A stretch of DNA of 64,000 nucleotides from Okamejei kenojei. Its lineage: Eukaryota. The notes under the pieces are model-generated. The model did not search any database, was not told where the DNA came from, and saw nothing but the letters and a program-made list of their open reading frames with translations. Shown piece after piece: positions 1 to 13,052 of the stretch. The stretch is from the NCBI GenBank assembly GCA_035221665.1, contig CM069160.1, forward strand, positions 34,224,001 to 34,288,000. Reading direction: 5' to 3'. The position numbers and the translations under genes are program-made. Within the stretch, counting starts at the first letter, position 1, and every line of letters begins with the position of its first letter.

Positions 1-756
1 TTTTTCCCAGGGTGAAAATAATCAAAGATTCAAGGACCACAGCTTTAAGGTAAGAAGGGCAAAGGTTAAAGGATTTGTGCGGGGCAAGTTGTTTTTCACG
101 GTGTGGGGAGTACCTGGGATGTGCTGCCGGGTGTGGCAGTGGAGACAGATACAATAGTGGCATTTTAGATAGACACCTGGATATACAGGGAATGGAGGGA
201 TATGGTTTATGTGCAGGCAGATAAGAGCTGGTCTTCGCACCATGTTCTGCACAGACATTGTGGGCTGAATGGCCTGTTCTGTGCTGTACTGCTCTACGTT
301 ATATTGAACCATTCATGATCTGCGCTTTAGCCGACATAACACACGCCAGGCAGTTTTACTGAATTATACATCAGCCTGTACTTACCATAATATCATTCCA
401 CATCCTCGTCTCCTGCACAAAACAGAAATATTTCACATTTTCACTGCAACTAAAATTGGAAATAAAATAATGACAGCGGGGAGCAAGGAACAGAGAGGGG
501 GGCACAGTGACGCAGCTCTTCACAGCTCCAGGGACCTGGGTTCAATCCTGAATTTGAACAGCTAGATACCAAATTGTACAGCAGAACCAAGAAGGTAATA
601 ATCTCTGGATTGCTACTTGAGCCAAGAGCAAATTGGCATAGAGTTGAAAGGATTAGAGAGTTGAACGCGTGGATCAAAGTCTGATATGGAAGGTGGATTT
701 GAATCTGTGGGACATTGGCCCTAGTATTGGGGAAGGAGGGAACTGTCCTGACAGGA

Positions 757-926
757 CGGACTCCATTTGAACCAGGCTGGGACCAGACCCCACTTGAACC
801 CGGCTGGGACCAGACCCCACTTGAACCCGGCTGGGACCAGACTCCACTTGAACCCGGCTGGGACCAGACTCCACTTGAACCCGGCTGGGACCAGACTCCA
901 CTTGAACCCGGCTGGGACCAGACTCC
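757..926 (+). repeat. 27-bp minisatellite (CAGACTCCACTTGAACCCGGCTGGGAC) x6 inside a CR1 ORF1 esterase remnant
   Basis: Tandem units are visible directly. One frame reads DGLHLNQAGT(RxHLNPAGT)n, preceded by KVIISGLL...ELNAWI. Confidence 0.9.
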
Positions 927-1442
927 TGGCAAACTGTATACATCACTACATGATTTCTGTTATACAAGAACAATAATACCCATTGTAGAATAAATGCCCT
1001 CGAGCTGGATTTTGATCACAAGTTACTACATTAGTCACATGCAATATGAACTTGCAGCATTTTATAAAATAATCTGTTCTGACAATATTGGTACTCAAAG
1101 AGATTAGCGAGTGGCCAATCTAATGAACAGTGTACAGTTTCATTATCTACAGGCATAATAGTATTCAGCTGCTCCACAAAGATTTCCTAATATGGACAGT
1201 CTTACTGAAGAAGCAAAGCTTATATTTTTAAACTAATGGTATCTTACAGCCTTTTTATGTCCTTTCAGTTTCAATTAAACAGGAAAAGCTCTCATTCACC
1301 TCACTTCCAAGATAATGGTCAACAGTGAAAATAAAATAATCCATTCCTAAAGCAATTACCGAGAATGTTTCATAAAGAGGAGACATTTACTAAGTCAACA
1401 TTTTTTTTTCATCGTAAATCGTGTAGCTACAATCTCACTAGG

Positions 1443-2030
1443 GCAGTTGTATACGGCCCCAGTGAGACCACACCTGGAGTATTGTGTGCAGTTTTGGTCT
1501 CCAAATTTGAGGAAGGACATTCTTGCTATTGAGGGAGTGCAGTGTAGGTTCACCAGGATAATTCCCGGGATGGCGGGACTGTCATATGTTGATAGAATGG
1601 AGCGGCTGGGATTGTATACTCTGGAATTTAGATGGATGAGATAGAATCTTATTGACATCTTAGATTATTAAGGGATTGGACACGCTAGAGGCAGGAAACA
1701 TGTTCACTTGTTGGGGGAGTCCCGACCAGGGGCCACAGTTTAAGAAAAAGGGTTAGGCCATTTAGAACAGAGACAAGGAAAATCTTTTTAACCCAAAGAG
1801 TTGTGAATCTGTGGAATTCTACGCCGCAGGCAGAGGTGGCCAATTTTCCAGATGCTTTCAATAGAGAGTTAGATAAAGCTCTTAAAGATACTGGAGTCAG
1901 GGGATATGGTGAGAAGGCAGGAACAGGGTACTGATTGTGGATGATCAGCTATGATCACAGTGAATGGCAGTGCTGGCTCAAAGGGCAGAATGGCCTCCTC
2001 CTGCACCTATTGTCAACTGTCTATTGTCTA
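1443..2030 (+). mobile_element. CR1 LINE 3' fragment
   Basis: VRPHLEYCVQFWSP motif, CR1 3'UTR and ctattgt-type tail repeats. Confidence 0.85.
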
Positions 2031-2307
2031 TAACTAGGGCTGTAGATAGAGCTTCAAACTAAATAGTGGGGAGAGGAGGGCAACAAATTGAAAGTGTAAG
2101 GGTGGAGTTAAAGGGTAAGATAATTTTGTTCCACATCCTCGTATCCTGCACAAAACAGAAATATTTCACATTTTCACTGCAACCAAAATTGGAAATAAAA
2201 TAATGACAGCGGGGAGCAAGGAACAAAGAGAGGGGGGCACAGTGACGCAGCTCTTCACAGCTCCAGGGACCTGGGTTCAATCCTGAATTTGAACAGCTGT
2301 TTACCAA

Positions 2308-5300
2308 ACTAGGGCTGTAGATAAAGCTTCAAACTAACTAGTGGGGAGCGGATAGTAACAAATTGGAAGTGTAAGGGTGGAGTTAAAGGCAAAGATAGTG
2401 CAGAAAAGCTGCAGACGTTTCCAGAAGTAACAGGACGGAAAGTTAAAGTTAAAGAAGGGATAAGAGAGTAAGGTCAGGTAAAATCGGGACTAGCGTGAGA
2501 GGAGGGGAGGTGAATACAGAATTAAAGGTGTTGTATTTGAATGTGTGCAGTATAAGAAATAAAGTGGATGAGCTTGTAGCACAGTTACAGATTGGTAGGC
2601 ATGATGTTGTGGGAATTACAGAGATGTGGCTGCAAGAGGATCGGAGTTGGGAGCTGAATATTCAGGGTTACACGTCCTATCGGAAAGTCAGACAGGTGGG
2701 CAGAGCGGGTGAGGCAGCTCTGTTGGTAAGGAATGAAATTCAGTCCCTTGCGAGGGGTGGCATGGGATCAGTCGATGTAGCGTCATTGTGGAGAGAGCTG
2801 AGAAATTATGCGGGTAAAAAGTCTCTAATGGGAGTTCTCTACTGGCCCCCAAACAGTAACCAGGATATAGGGTACAGGTTACATCAGAATATACAATTGG
2901 CATGTAAGAAAGGCATTACTACAGTGGTGATGGGAGATTTCAATATGCAAGTAGGTTGGTACTGGACCCCAAGAAAGGGAATTTCTAGAATGCTCAGAGA
3001 TGGATTCTTAGAGCATCTTGTGGTGGAGCCCACCAGCAAAAAAATGAAACTCTGGATTTAGTGTTGTGTAATGAACCGGATTTGACAAGGGAACTGGAGG
3101 TAAAGGAACCACTAGGGAGTAGCGACCACAATATGATAAGATTCAACCTGCAATTTGAGAGGCAGAAGGTGAAACCAGACGTGTCGGTATTGCAGTTGTG
3201 CAATGGGGACTATGGAGGCATGAGGGAGGAGATGGCCAAAGTGGACATGGAAATTGACCCTAGCTGGAATTTCTGGCAATAATCTGGAAAATGCAGGATC
3301 TTTTCATTCCAAAGAAGAAAGTTTTGAGGGGAGAATGAGGCGACCATGGCTGAGAAGGGAAGTCAAGGACTATATAAAACTAAAAGAGAAAGCGTATAAC
3401 ATTGTAAAGATTAGTGGGAAGCCAAAGGGTTGGGAAGCTTTTAAAGAACAGAAGGTAACTAAAAAGGCAATAAGGCGAGGAAAGATGAAATCCGAAGGTA
3501 AGCTTGCTGGTAATATCAAAAATGATAGCAAGAGTTTCTACAGTTATACAAACAGTAAGAAAGATGTAAGAGTGGATGTTGGACAGCTGGAAAACGATGC
3601 AGGAGAAGTGATAATGGAGAATAAAGAAATGGCAGAAGAGTTAAAGAACTTTTTTGCAACAGTCTTCACAGTGGAAGACACCAGCAACGTGCCTGAAATG
3701 CAAGAGAGTCAGGGGGTGGAAGTTAGTGGAGTGGCTGTTACTAAGGAGAAGGTGTTTGGGAAGCTGAAAGGGCTGAAGGTGGATAAGTCACCTGGACTGG
3801 ATAGACTGTACCCCAGGGTTCTGCACGAGGTGGCTTTAGAGATTGTGGAGGCATTAATACATAGATAGATACATAGCATCTGTGATATTTCAAGTATCAC
3901 TAGAGTCAGGAGCGGTTCCAGACGATTGGAAATTTGCCAATATTACCCCGCTGCACAAGGAGGGAGCAAAGCAGAATATTGGGAACTACAGGCCGGTTGG
4001 TCTGACTTCGATGGTTGGTAAGATTTTAGAGTCCATTATAAAGGCTGAGTTTACGGAGAACCTGGTTCATGATAAAATAGGTCGAAGTCAGCACTGTTTT
4101 GTGAAGGGGTGGTCTGCCTCACGAATCTGCAGGAATACTTTGCAGAAGTAAACAGCAGGACAGACAAAGGAGAGTTCGTGGATGTTGTTTATCTAGATTT
4201 TCAGAAAGCCTTTGATAAGGTGCCACACATGAGGCTGCTCAGGAAGATGAGAGCCCATGGCATCAAAGGGCAGATACCAGCATGGATAGCAGGTTGGCTG
4301 GATGGCAGAAGGCAAAGAGTGGCAATAAAGGGGGTTATTTCTGATTGGCTGCCAGTGACTAGTGGAGTTCCGTGGGGGTTGGTACTGGGGCCGCTACTCT
4401 TCACGTTGTGTATTACTGATTTGGATGAGGGGATAGAAGGCTTTGTGGCCAAGTTTGCGGATGATACGAAAATAGGTGGAGGGGCAGGAAGCGTAGAGAA
4501 AGCAGGGACTCTACAGAAGAACTTGGACAGGTTGGGAGAGTGGGCAGAGAAGTGGCAGATGGAATACAGTGTAGCAAAGTGTGGAGTTATGCATTTTGGT
4601 GGCTGCAATAAAAACGTAGACTATTTTTTAAATGGGGAGAGAATCCAGAAATCGGAGGTGCAAAGCGATTTGGGAATGCTGGTGCAGGATTCCCCCAAAG
4701 TTACTCTGCAACTCGAATCGGTAGTAAAGAAAGCAAACTCAATGCTAGAATTTATTTGAAGAGGGCTAGAACACAAAATTAGGGATGTAATGCTGAGGAT
4801 CTATAAGGTACTGGTCAGGCTGCATTTGGAGTATTGTGAGCAATTTTGGGCACCATATCAGAGGAAGGATGTGCTGGCTCTGGGGATGGTCCAGATGAAT
4901 TTACAAGAATGATCCCAGGAAAGAGTGGTTCAACATACGATGAGCGTTTGTCAGTACTGGGCTTGTACTCGCTGGAGTTTAGATGAATGATGGGGGACTT
5001 CATTGAAGCTTACAGAATAGCAAAAGCCTTGGATAGAGTGGATGTGGAGAGGATGCTTCCACTAGTGGGAGAGTCGAGGACTAGAGGTCATAACCTCAGA
5101 ATTAAAGGACATTCCTTTATGAAGGAGATGAGGAGGAATTTCTTTAGTCAGAGGGTGGTGAATCTGTGGAATTATTTGCCACTGACGGCGGTGGAGGTGA
5201 AGTCAATGGATATTTCTAAGGCAGAGATAGACAGATTCTTGATTAGTACAGGTATCAGGGGTTATGAGAAGGCAGGGGAATGGGGAGAGATAGGTCAGCC

Positions 5301-5370
5301 ATGATTGAATGATGGCATAGATTTGTTGGGCCGAATGGCCTAATTCTGCTCCTATCACCTATAACCATGC
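2308..5370 (+). mobile_element. Degraded CR1 LINE, ORF2 (APE endonuclease plus RT)
   Basis: Fragmented ORFs with ITEMWL, MGDFN, SDHN, YLDFQKAFDKVPH and KFADDTK. Many frameshifts. Confidence 0.92.
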
Positions 5371-5493
5371 GACCTTAAGACCTGACCTTCGAGACTTGTG
5401 GGGTGCAGATACTACCTGTGAGTCTGTGGGTTTCATGAGGGTGCTGTGTGTGTCCCCCACACACATCCCAAAGACCCGGAGTTTGCTTATCTT

Positions 5494-6026
5494 TTACTCA
5501 CCCGGAACAGAACCGGAGCAGATTGTCAGCCACTTGTCTGTATTCCATGTCCAGAAGATAGGATAAAGTTTCTCCGTGAATTTATTCCCAGTGAAGGTGT
5601 GGAGATGTGACTTGGTGTCCACATCGTAAAATGAAACTGTCCCGGACTCATAACTGAGATAAACCCCCACCCTCCCGGGGATGTGACGGGCGGGGAGAGG
5701 GGATAGAGGGGAGGTGACTGCATCAAATTTATCATCACACCGCCCGATGCTCCAGACTCCAGTCTCCGGGGTCTGTTTGACATCTCGCTTCCTCTCCACA
5801 GACTCTGCGGCGACTCCCAGACTCCAGCTCCGACTCTCCGCCACCTCCACCTCCCAGTAATGTCTCCCCGATGTGAATCCCTCCGATCCCAGCACACACC
5901 GACAGTTTGTAAACCTCTTCCCGATGTCAGGGAGACTCCTCTGTGTCCGGGTAAATCTCACCCTCTTCCGATCCTCAGACACCTCGAGCCGTGGATGCAC
6001 TGTTTCCACATCCAGGGTGACGGAGA
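5494..6026 (-). CDS. B30.2 (PRY-SPRY) exon, distal orphan copy B
   Basis: Same acceptor, length and motifs as copy A with no indels or stops. No Ig, TM or 27-bp exon was seen between it and copy A. Confidence 0.88.
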
Positions 6027-8314
6027 CTGGGGGGAGAAGCAGAGAATCAGAGAATCCCCGGGGGTCAGGGGGAGACTCGGGCAGCATGGCCCCGGGACCG
6101 GGGGAGAGGCTGCTCAGCCTCAGGCACGGGCGGGTGGACAACTGGACGATATCCCGGCGTTTTCCCACCCACCAACATCCCATGGACAAAAACATGTTTC
6201 CCTGCTTTTCCTAATTGGGGTGGAAGTGGATGGGAAGCGGGTGAACTGTAAGAAATAAAAACAAACTGCTGGAGGAAGACCGCGGGTCACTGCCCCGTGG
6301 TGAATCCAATATTGTATTTTAAAACCAACTGTTTAATGACAACATACAGTAGGATCTAAAAGTGTCACATTTTCACTGTCGGGTAGTCATGGTCCTCTAG
6401 TCGTGGGGGTGGGGGTTGGGAGGGGGGCCTCACAAATGAAATAGCTTAGGGCCTCTCTTCATCGAAATCTGGCCCTGTCTGTGAGAATGTGTGTGTGAGC
6501 GTGTGTTAGAGAGTGTGTGTGTGTAAAAGATTGTGAGTATGTGAGTATGTGTGAGTGTTAGAGTGTGAATGTGTGTTAGCATGTGTGTGTGTGAGAGAGA
6601 GTATTTCAGAGTGTGAGAGTGCATATATAAATGTGTGTGTGTGTCCATATAAATATATACCAGGCAAAGCTCGTAATGCTCACTCAGTGCGTGTACATAT
6701 TGGGCAGAGGTGAGGAGAACTGGTGGAGCAAGATAGGTGGGTTCAGGTGAGGGGGTGGGGTGATTGGTAGAATGACCAGGTGGGGGAGAGAAGGGTGGAG
6801 ACAGGAACCGAGGCTGGAGGTGATGTGCTGAAGACAAAGGGATGAGAATGATGGATTCTGATAAGAATTGAAGGTGTGGTGAGAAACGTAGAACCAGAGG
6901 GAGGTTGGAGCGCATTGGATCTAAGAGATAGCTAATTGGATAGAACATTGGCTTCATGGAGGGAAGCAGAGGGTGATGAGGGAAGGTTGGTTTCCGGACT
7001 GGAGGCCTGTGACTAGTGGTGTGCCTCACGGTTCTGTGCTTATTTCAATGATCTGGGTGAGAATAGTAAGATTAAATGAGAACTTACCAGTTTGAAGTTT
7101 GATCTTGAATTTTATGAGGAGTTACGTCGGTGATTACGTGAAGAAACCCACCAGTGCGCATGCGCATCAATCTTCAAAGCAGCGGTATGAATTCACAGAT
7201 GACAAAAATCGAAGTAAACGTAGTAAGATTAGCAACCTGAGAACTACCAGATGACCTTTATGAGAGAGGGTTGGACGTGGACGGCACGTAACTCCTCATA
7301 AAATCAAGATCAAACTTCAAACTGGTAAGTTCTCGTTTAATCTTACTATTTTATTTCGGAGTCACGCGAGTGATTCCGTGAAGGGTTCAAAGCCTTGTGA
7401 TTTCATGCCGCATCCAAATCTCGGCGTCTCACTGCATCGATTGACTCAAGATGAGTGAATAATCAAAAAATGCATTAAGCATGAAGCCTTATCTTAATAG
7501 ACAACCCTAGCCATATTCCCAAACTTGCTTGGAATGCTAGTACTAGATGTTGTTATCCTTTGTGTGTTGTACAAACAAGTGTAAACTTGTGAGTGGTCCA
7601 CTTACCCATGTTTCGGTAGTGCCAGAACCACCTTGTTGAGTAGGTTTGGTAGGGTGCGTGGAAAGTCTGCCCAGCTGTCATGCTGCCCCCAGCACCAGTG
7701 AACAGCGTACTGCTGATGAGCGCCTGGGGTGCGTTCTGAAACGATGAACCTTTGCCCGCCGCCTTAATTGATCCGTCTGCCAGGTTTTTTCCGCTGTTGA
7801 ATAGGTCTTACCTGAATACCAGATTCGGCGGCTGGCTCTCACATCCCCCTTTTTTCGCTGTTCACTGCCGGCACATATGTGCTCCAGTATGTTCCATCGA
7901 CATCTTTAGAGCCTGGAGTCAGTTACATCTTGACCTTTTGCACTCTCCTCCTCAGAGAGGGCGATTTGTAGGCAGCCCTAAACAGGCGCTACCGCAGGCC
8001 GCAGGATACCTGCGCTGACATGGCCCCATTGGACCTGTACCAGGATGGAACATTCTGCTGGGATGGCAACTTTGTTGTCAGGAAAGGGTACCTCTGACAC
8101 GTGCCCTTCATCCCTTGGGGTCTGCCCCACGGCCATACCCTGAGACTCAGCGTCAGCAGGATACTGACCCGTCCTGGTCTCCGCCTCCAAGAGGGAGACA
8201 TGAAGCAGCCCTGTAACTGCTGCTGCTGGTGCAGCCTGCAGATGGAACATCTGGCTCAACGTCACCATCAGAGTCGGGGTCAGAACTAAGGTGACCCATG
8301 GCACGCGCCTCATC

Positions 8315-11300
8315 ATAATAATAATATAATAATAATAATAATAATATATTTTACTGTCATTACACATAAGTGCAACGAGATTTGGTTTGCAACTTCCATC
8401 CGATTTCATAACTTAATCGACAAATAAAATTTAGTTTTAAATATCCTGAGAACAAGGTTTGTAAAAACGAACATTAGACCAGTAAAATCAACACAGACTA
8501 AAGTGCGAGGCCGGGGGAGAGTCCATGGGGGTGGGGTATACTCAGCAGGGCCGGTTCAGAACTGCTATAGCTCTGGGAATGAAGCTGTTCCTGAGTCTGG
8601 TGGTGCGGGCTTGTAACGTCTGCCGGAAGGGAGTAGTTCGAACAGTCCATTACAAGGGTGTGAGGAGTCTTTATGGATGCTGACAGCCTTCCTGAGGCAC
8701 TGTGTGTGGTAGATGCCCTCCAAGGCTGGTAGCGGTGTCCCAATATTCTTCTGCGCTCTGTGGACGACGCGCTGTAGAGCTCTCCTCTCCGCCTCCGTGC
8801 AGCTGAGATACCACACAGAGATGCGATACGTTAGTATGCTCTCTGTGGTGCAGCGGTAGAAGGTCGTCAGCAGCTGTTGGGGCAGACCAGTCTTTTTCAA
8901 TGTTCTTAGGAAGAGCAGTTTTTGCTGTGCCTTTTTGACCAGCGCAGCGGTGTTGGTGGACCATGTGAGGTCCTCTGAGATGTGAGTGCCCAGAAACTTA
9001 AAGCTGGACACTCTCTCCACACTGTCTCCGTAGATGGAGATTGGGGCATAGTCCCCATTCTGTGACCTCCTGAAGTAGATAATCAGCTCCTTGGTCTTGG
9101 AGGTGTTTAGCAACAAGTTGTTCCGTGAGCACCAGTCCGACAGGTTCTACACCTCCGTTCTATAGTTTGTTTCATCACCGTTGGTGATCAGCCCGATCAC
9201 CGTTATGTCGTCTGCAAACTTGACAATGGTGTTGTCAAATGCAGGGACACAGTCGTGGGTGAAGAGGGAGTAGAGCATGGGGCTCAGTACACAGCCCTGT
9301 GGTGTGCCGGTGCTCAGGGTGATAGTGGAGGACAGGTGCGGCCCTAGTCTCACTGCCTGCGGTCGCTCCGTCAGAAACTTCAGGATCCAAATCGCATAAC
9401 AGTGAGCTGAGGCCTAGTTGGTGGAGTTTGGTGGTGAGCTTGGTGGGGATGACCGTATTGAAGGCAGAGCTATAGTCAATGAAGAGCATCCTCACATAGG
9501 TACCCTGTCTTTCCAGGTGGGTCAGGACAGTGTGAAGAGCCACAGAGATGGCATCTTCTGTGGATCTATTTGCCCTGTATGCAAATTGATGAGAGTCCAA
9601 TGATGCAGGGATGCTGGATTTGATGTGGGAGAGGACCAGCCTTTCAAAGCACTTCATTGGTATTTGTGTTAGGGCAACCGGGCGGTAGTCATTCAGGTTG
9701 GTGACTTTAGACTTTTTCGGCACCGGCACTATGGTAGCTGTCTTCAGGCACTTGGGGATCATTGCCAGAGATAGAGACAGGTTGAAGATCCTCGTAAAAA
9801 CCCCCGCCAGCTGTACAGCACAGTCCTTCAGTACCCTACCCTGGACTCCATCCAGGTCTGCAGCCTTGCGTGGATTGATCCTACACAGAAGGCACTGTAC
9901 CTCCTGGGTGCTCAGTGTTAAGGCCTGTCCCTCCACCCTAGCCGGGGTTGCTCCTCTCCTGGTGGTGTTGCCAGTTTCGAAGCTGGCAAAGAAGTTGTTT
10001 AATTCATTGGCCAGTGTGATATCACTGTGGGGGCAGACGGGGCTGCTCTTGTAGTCAGTGATGTCCCTGACACCCTGCCACGTGCTTCTGGTGTCCGCGG
10101 TGTTGAAGTGGTCTTCCACCCTTTGCCCGTGGATGTCTTTGGCCTTTTTATGCCTTTGTTCAGGTTTGACCTGGCAGCACTGTAGGCAGAAGTATCCCTG
10201 GATTTAAAGGCAATGTTGCGTGCCCTGAGCAGGTTCTGAACCTCCTTGTTCATCCACGGTTTGCGGTTTGGGAACATCTTTATTTCCTTGTCCACTGTGA
10301 CAGTCTCCACACAGCAGTTGATGTGGGAGAGCACAGTGGATGTGTACTCCTCCAAGTTAACCTCTGTACCACTGGTAGCCTGTTGTGCAAACAGGTCCCA
10401 GTCGGTGCGATCAAAGCAGTCCCGGAGTTGCAGGGTGGCGTCCTCAGGCCATATTTTGACCGTCTTTGTTGCAGGTTTGGTCTTGCGGATGAGGGGTTTG
10501 TATGCAGGCAGTAGAAACAGTGAGAGGTGATTGGATTGTCCCAGGGATGGGCAGGGGAGGGCTCTGTATGCGTCCTTGATGTTGGTGTACGCTTTATCCA
10601 GTGTGTTTGAGCCCCTGGTAGGGCACTGCACATGCTGGTGGAATTTGTGGAGTGCAGCTCGTAGGTCCACCTGGTTAAAGTCCCCTGCAACAATGAAGGC
10701 ACCGTCGGGGTGAGCATCCTGCTGCTTGCTGGTGGCTGAGTGCAGCTGTGCTAGCGCTAGGTTAGCATTAGCCTGTGGTGGGATGTATATGGCCATGATG
10801 ATAACCACAGTAAACACCCGAGGCAGGTAAAATGGCCTACATTTAAGCAGTAGGTATTCCAGGTCTGGGGAACAGTAGCTCTCTGCTGCAGTGTGGTTGG
10901 TGCACCAGTCCTTGTTGATACAGATGCAGAGCCCGCCACCCTTGCTCTTACCGGAGTCCTTTGTTCAATCAACACGATGCAGTGGTTAGGCCTACAGCCC
11001 CGTCGGGAACCAGCGCGCTGAGCCAGGTCTCTGTGAAGATCAGCACACAGCAGTCTTTCAGGGATCGCTGGGTGTTGATCCAGAGCCTCACCTCATCCAG
11101 CTTGTTGGTGAGTGACCGGACATTCGTGAGAGACACTTGGTAGCGATGGTCTTTGTGGGGCCCTCCGTAGCCTGTCCTGCACCCCCGCTCGCCTTCCACG
11201 TTTCTGCTTTCTCTCCCGGCGCATTCTCCGTCTCCTACCCTCCGGGGTGGTGATCCAGGAGGCTGTTGTGCCAAGCTCCATCAGGATTTTGGTGAGGGTA

Positions 11301-11787
11301 CAGTAGGACTCACCAGCCAGGTTCTCGCTTCCACGTCCGATGTTGAGCAGTTCCAATCGGCTCCACGTACGACCTGTCGGGATCGCAGTGCGGGTACTAG
11401 ATATCCCCGTCCTGGAGATGAGTCACTTACTGTGTTTTCTGGGGGTACTGGGATTTCTAGGGGTTCTAGGGGTTCTGAGGTTTTTATGTACCTGATTTCC
11501 ACAACAGCGTTCGGTGCCGGGCTGCTCCCAATTAACTCGGACTGGGGAGCGCAACGCCGCCGTGTCTGATTTCCCCGTCCTGGAGGTGAGTCCCTTACGG
11601 TGTTTTCGGGTCGTACTGGGAATTCTAGGGGGGGGGGGGGTACTGGGGTTTCTAGGGGTTCTAGGGGTTCTCGGGGTTTTAGGGTTTTTACATACCTTGT
11701 TTTCACAGCCGTGTTCGGTCGCGGGCTGCTCCGAATTCACTCGGACTGAGGAGTGTAAAGCCGCTGCGTCTGAGCACGCCGCCATCT
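8315..11787 (-). mobile_element. Near full-length, frameshifted Rex1/Babar-type LINE nested in the DIRS-like element
   Basis: APE (NVRSLTNKLDE, FTETWL, AGDFN), RT ([27 protein letters not shown]), a (TAT)n tail at 8315-8346, a 5' end AGATGGCGGC and a candidate TSD TCATC. Confidence 0.88.
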
Positions 11788-12128
11788 TCATCTTCATTCC
11801 CATCATCATCCATGAGGGTTCTATCAAGCAGCCCTTTACTAGGTGCTGCTGGCGCCTTTTGTTCAGTGTGGCGCTGACACTCCTCCTGCTGGAGTGTGCC
11901 CTGCTGCAGCACTCTATGCAATAGTTGCTGCATTTGGGATAGTCGCTCAAACGCACTATCCAGCCCCCATGAGGAATCATCCCCCGACTCCGTGGGCCTA
12001 TTATTTTGCTATCCAGCCCCGGTGGGGAATCATCCCCCGACTCCGTGGGCCTAGCAGACTTATGTGTTACCTTGAGCAACCTTGAGTTGCTGGCGCCGCC
12101 TCTTGTAGAGGCCGGCGCCTTTTTATAT

Positions 12129-13052
12129 GAAGCAGCCCTGCCCCAGGCGCTGCTGGCGCGGCTCTCCCGTAGGCCGGCGCTTTCACACACGAAACAGCCC
12201 TATCCCAGGCGCTGCTGGCGCGGCTCTCCCGTAGGCCGGCGCTTTCACACATGAAACAGCCCTATCCCAGGCGCTGCTGGCGCGGCTCTCCTGTAGGCCG
12301 GCGCTTTCACACATGAAACAGCCCTATCCCAGGCGCTGCTGGCGCGGCTCTCCCGTAGGCCGGCGCTTTCACACGTGAAACAGCCCTATCCCAAGCGCTG
12401 CTGGCGCGGCTCTCCCGTAGGCCGGCGCTTTCACACATAAAACAGCCCTATCCCAGGCGCTGCTGGCGCGGCTCTCCCGTAGGCCGGCGCTTTTAAACAT
12501 GAAGCAGCCCTATCCCAGGCGCTGCTGGCGCAGCTCTCCTGTAGGCTGGCACTTTCACACATGAAGCAACGCTGTCCCAGGCGTTGCTGGCGCGGCTCTC
12601 CCGTAGGCCGGCGCTTTCACACATGAAACAGCCCTGTCCCAGGCGCTGCTGGCGCGGCTCTCCCGTAGGCCGGCGCTTTCACACATGAAACAGCCCTGTC
12701 CCAGGCGCTGCTGGCGCGGCTCTCCTGTAGGCCGGCGCTTTCACACATGAAGCAACGCTGTCCCAGGCGCTGCTGGCGCGGCTCTCCCGTAGGCCGGCGC
12801 TTTCACACATGAAGCAGCTCAATCCCAGGCGCTGCTGGCGCGGCTCTCCCGTAGGCCAGCGCTTTCACACATGAAGCAACGCTGTCCCAGGCGCTGCTGG
12901 CGCGGCTCTCCCGTAGGCCGGCGCTTCCACACATGAAGCAGCCCTGTCCCAGGCGTTGCTGGCGCGGCTCTCCTGTAGGCCGGCGCTTTTAAACATGAAG
13001 CAACCTTATCCCAGGCGCTGATGGCACGGCTTGTCCCATAGGCCCGCGCTAT
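12129..13052. repeat. GC-rich 62-bp tandem array, about 15 copies, inside the DIRS-like element
   Basis: Units start at 12129, 12191, 12253, 12315 and so on, with consensus GAAACAGCCCTATCCCAGGCGCTGCTGGCGCGGCTCTCCCGTAGGCCGGCGCTTTCACACAT. Confidence 0.95.

Larger units (their letters stand above)
1..6289. repeat. Segmental duplication, copy B (continues beyond the left edge)
   Basis: Colinear and highly similar to about 14383-29342 once the DIRS and Gypsy insertions are removed. Homology ends at ...GGGTCA (6289/29342). Confidence 0.92.

Noticed and set aside
497-552. tRNA gene (also 2232-2286, 14879-14933 and 30892-30965)
   Set aside because: Only A/B-box-like SINE heads are present, with no complete cloverleaf.
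6027-6195. N-terminal extensions of the B30.2 ORFs as stand-alone single-exon genes (also 29088-29352)
   Set aside because: The extensions read through intron sequence ending in a clear polypyrimidine-CAG acceptor and differ by an indel between copies.
12129-13052. CRISPR-like array
   Set aside because: The units are head-to-tail with no unique spacers, there are no cas genes, and the context is eukaryotic. The same applies to the 27-, 24- and 34-bp arrays.
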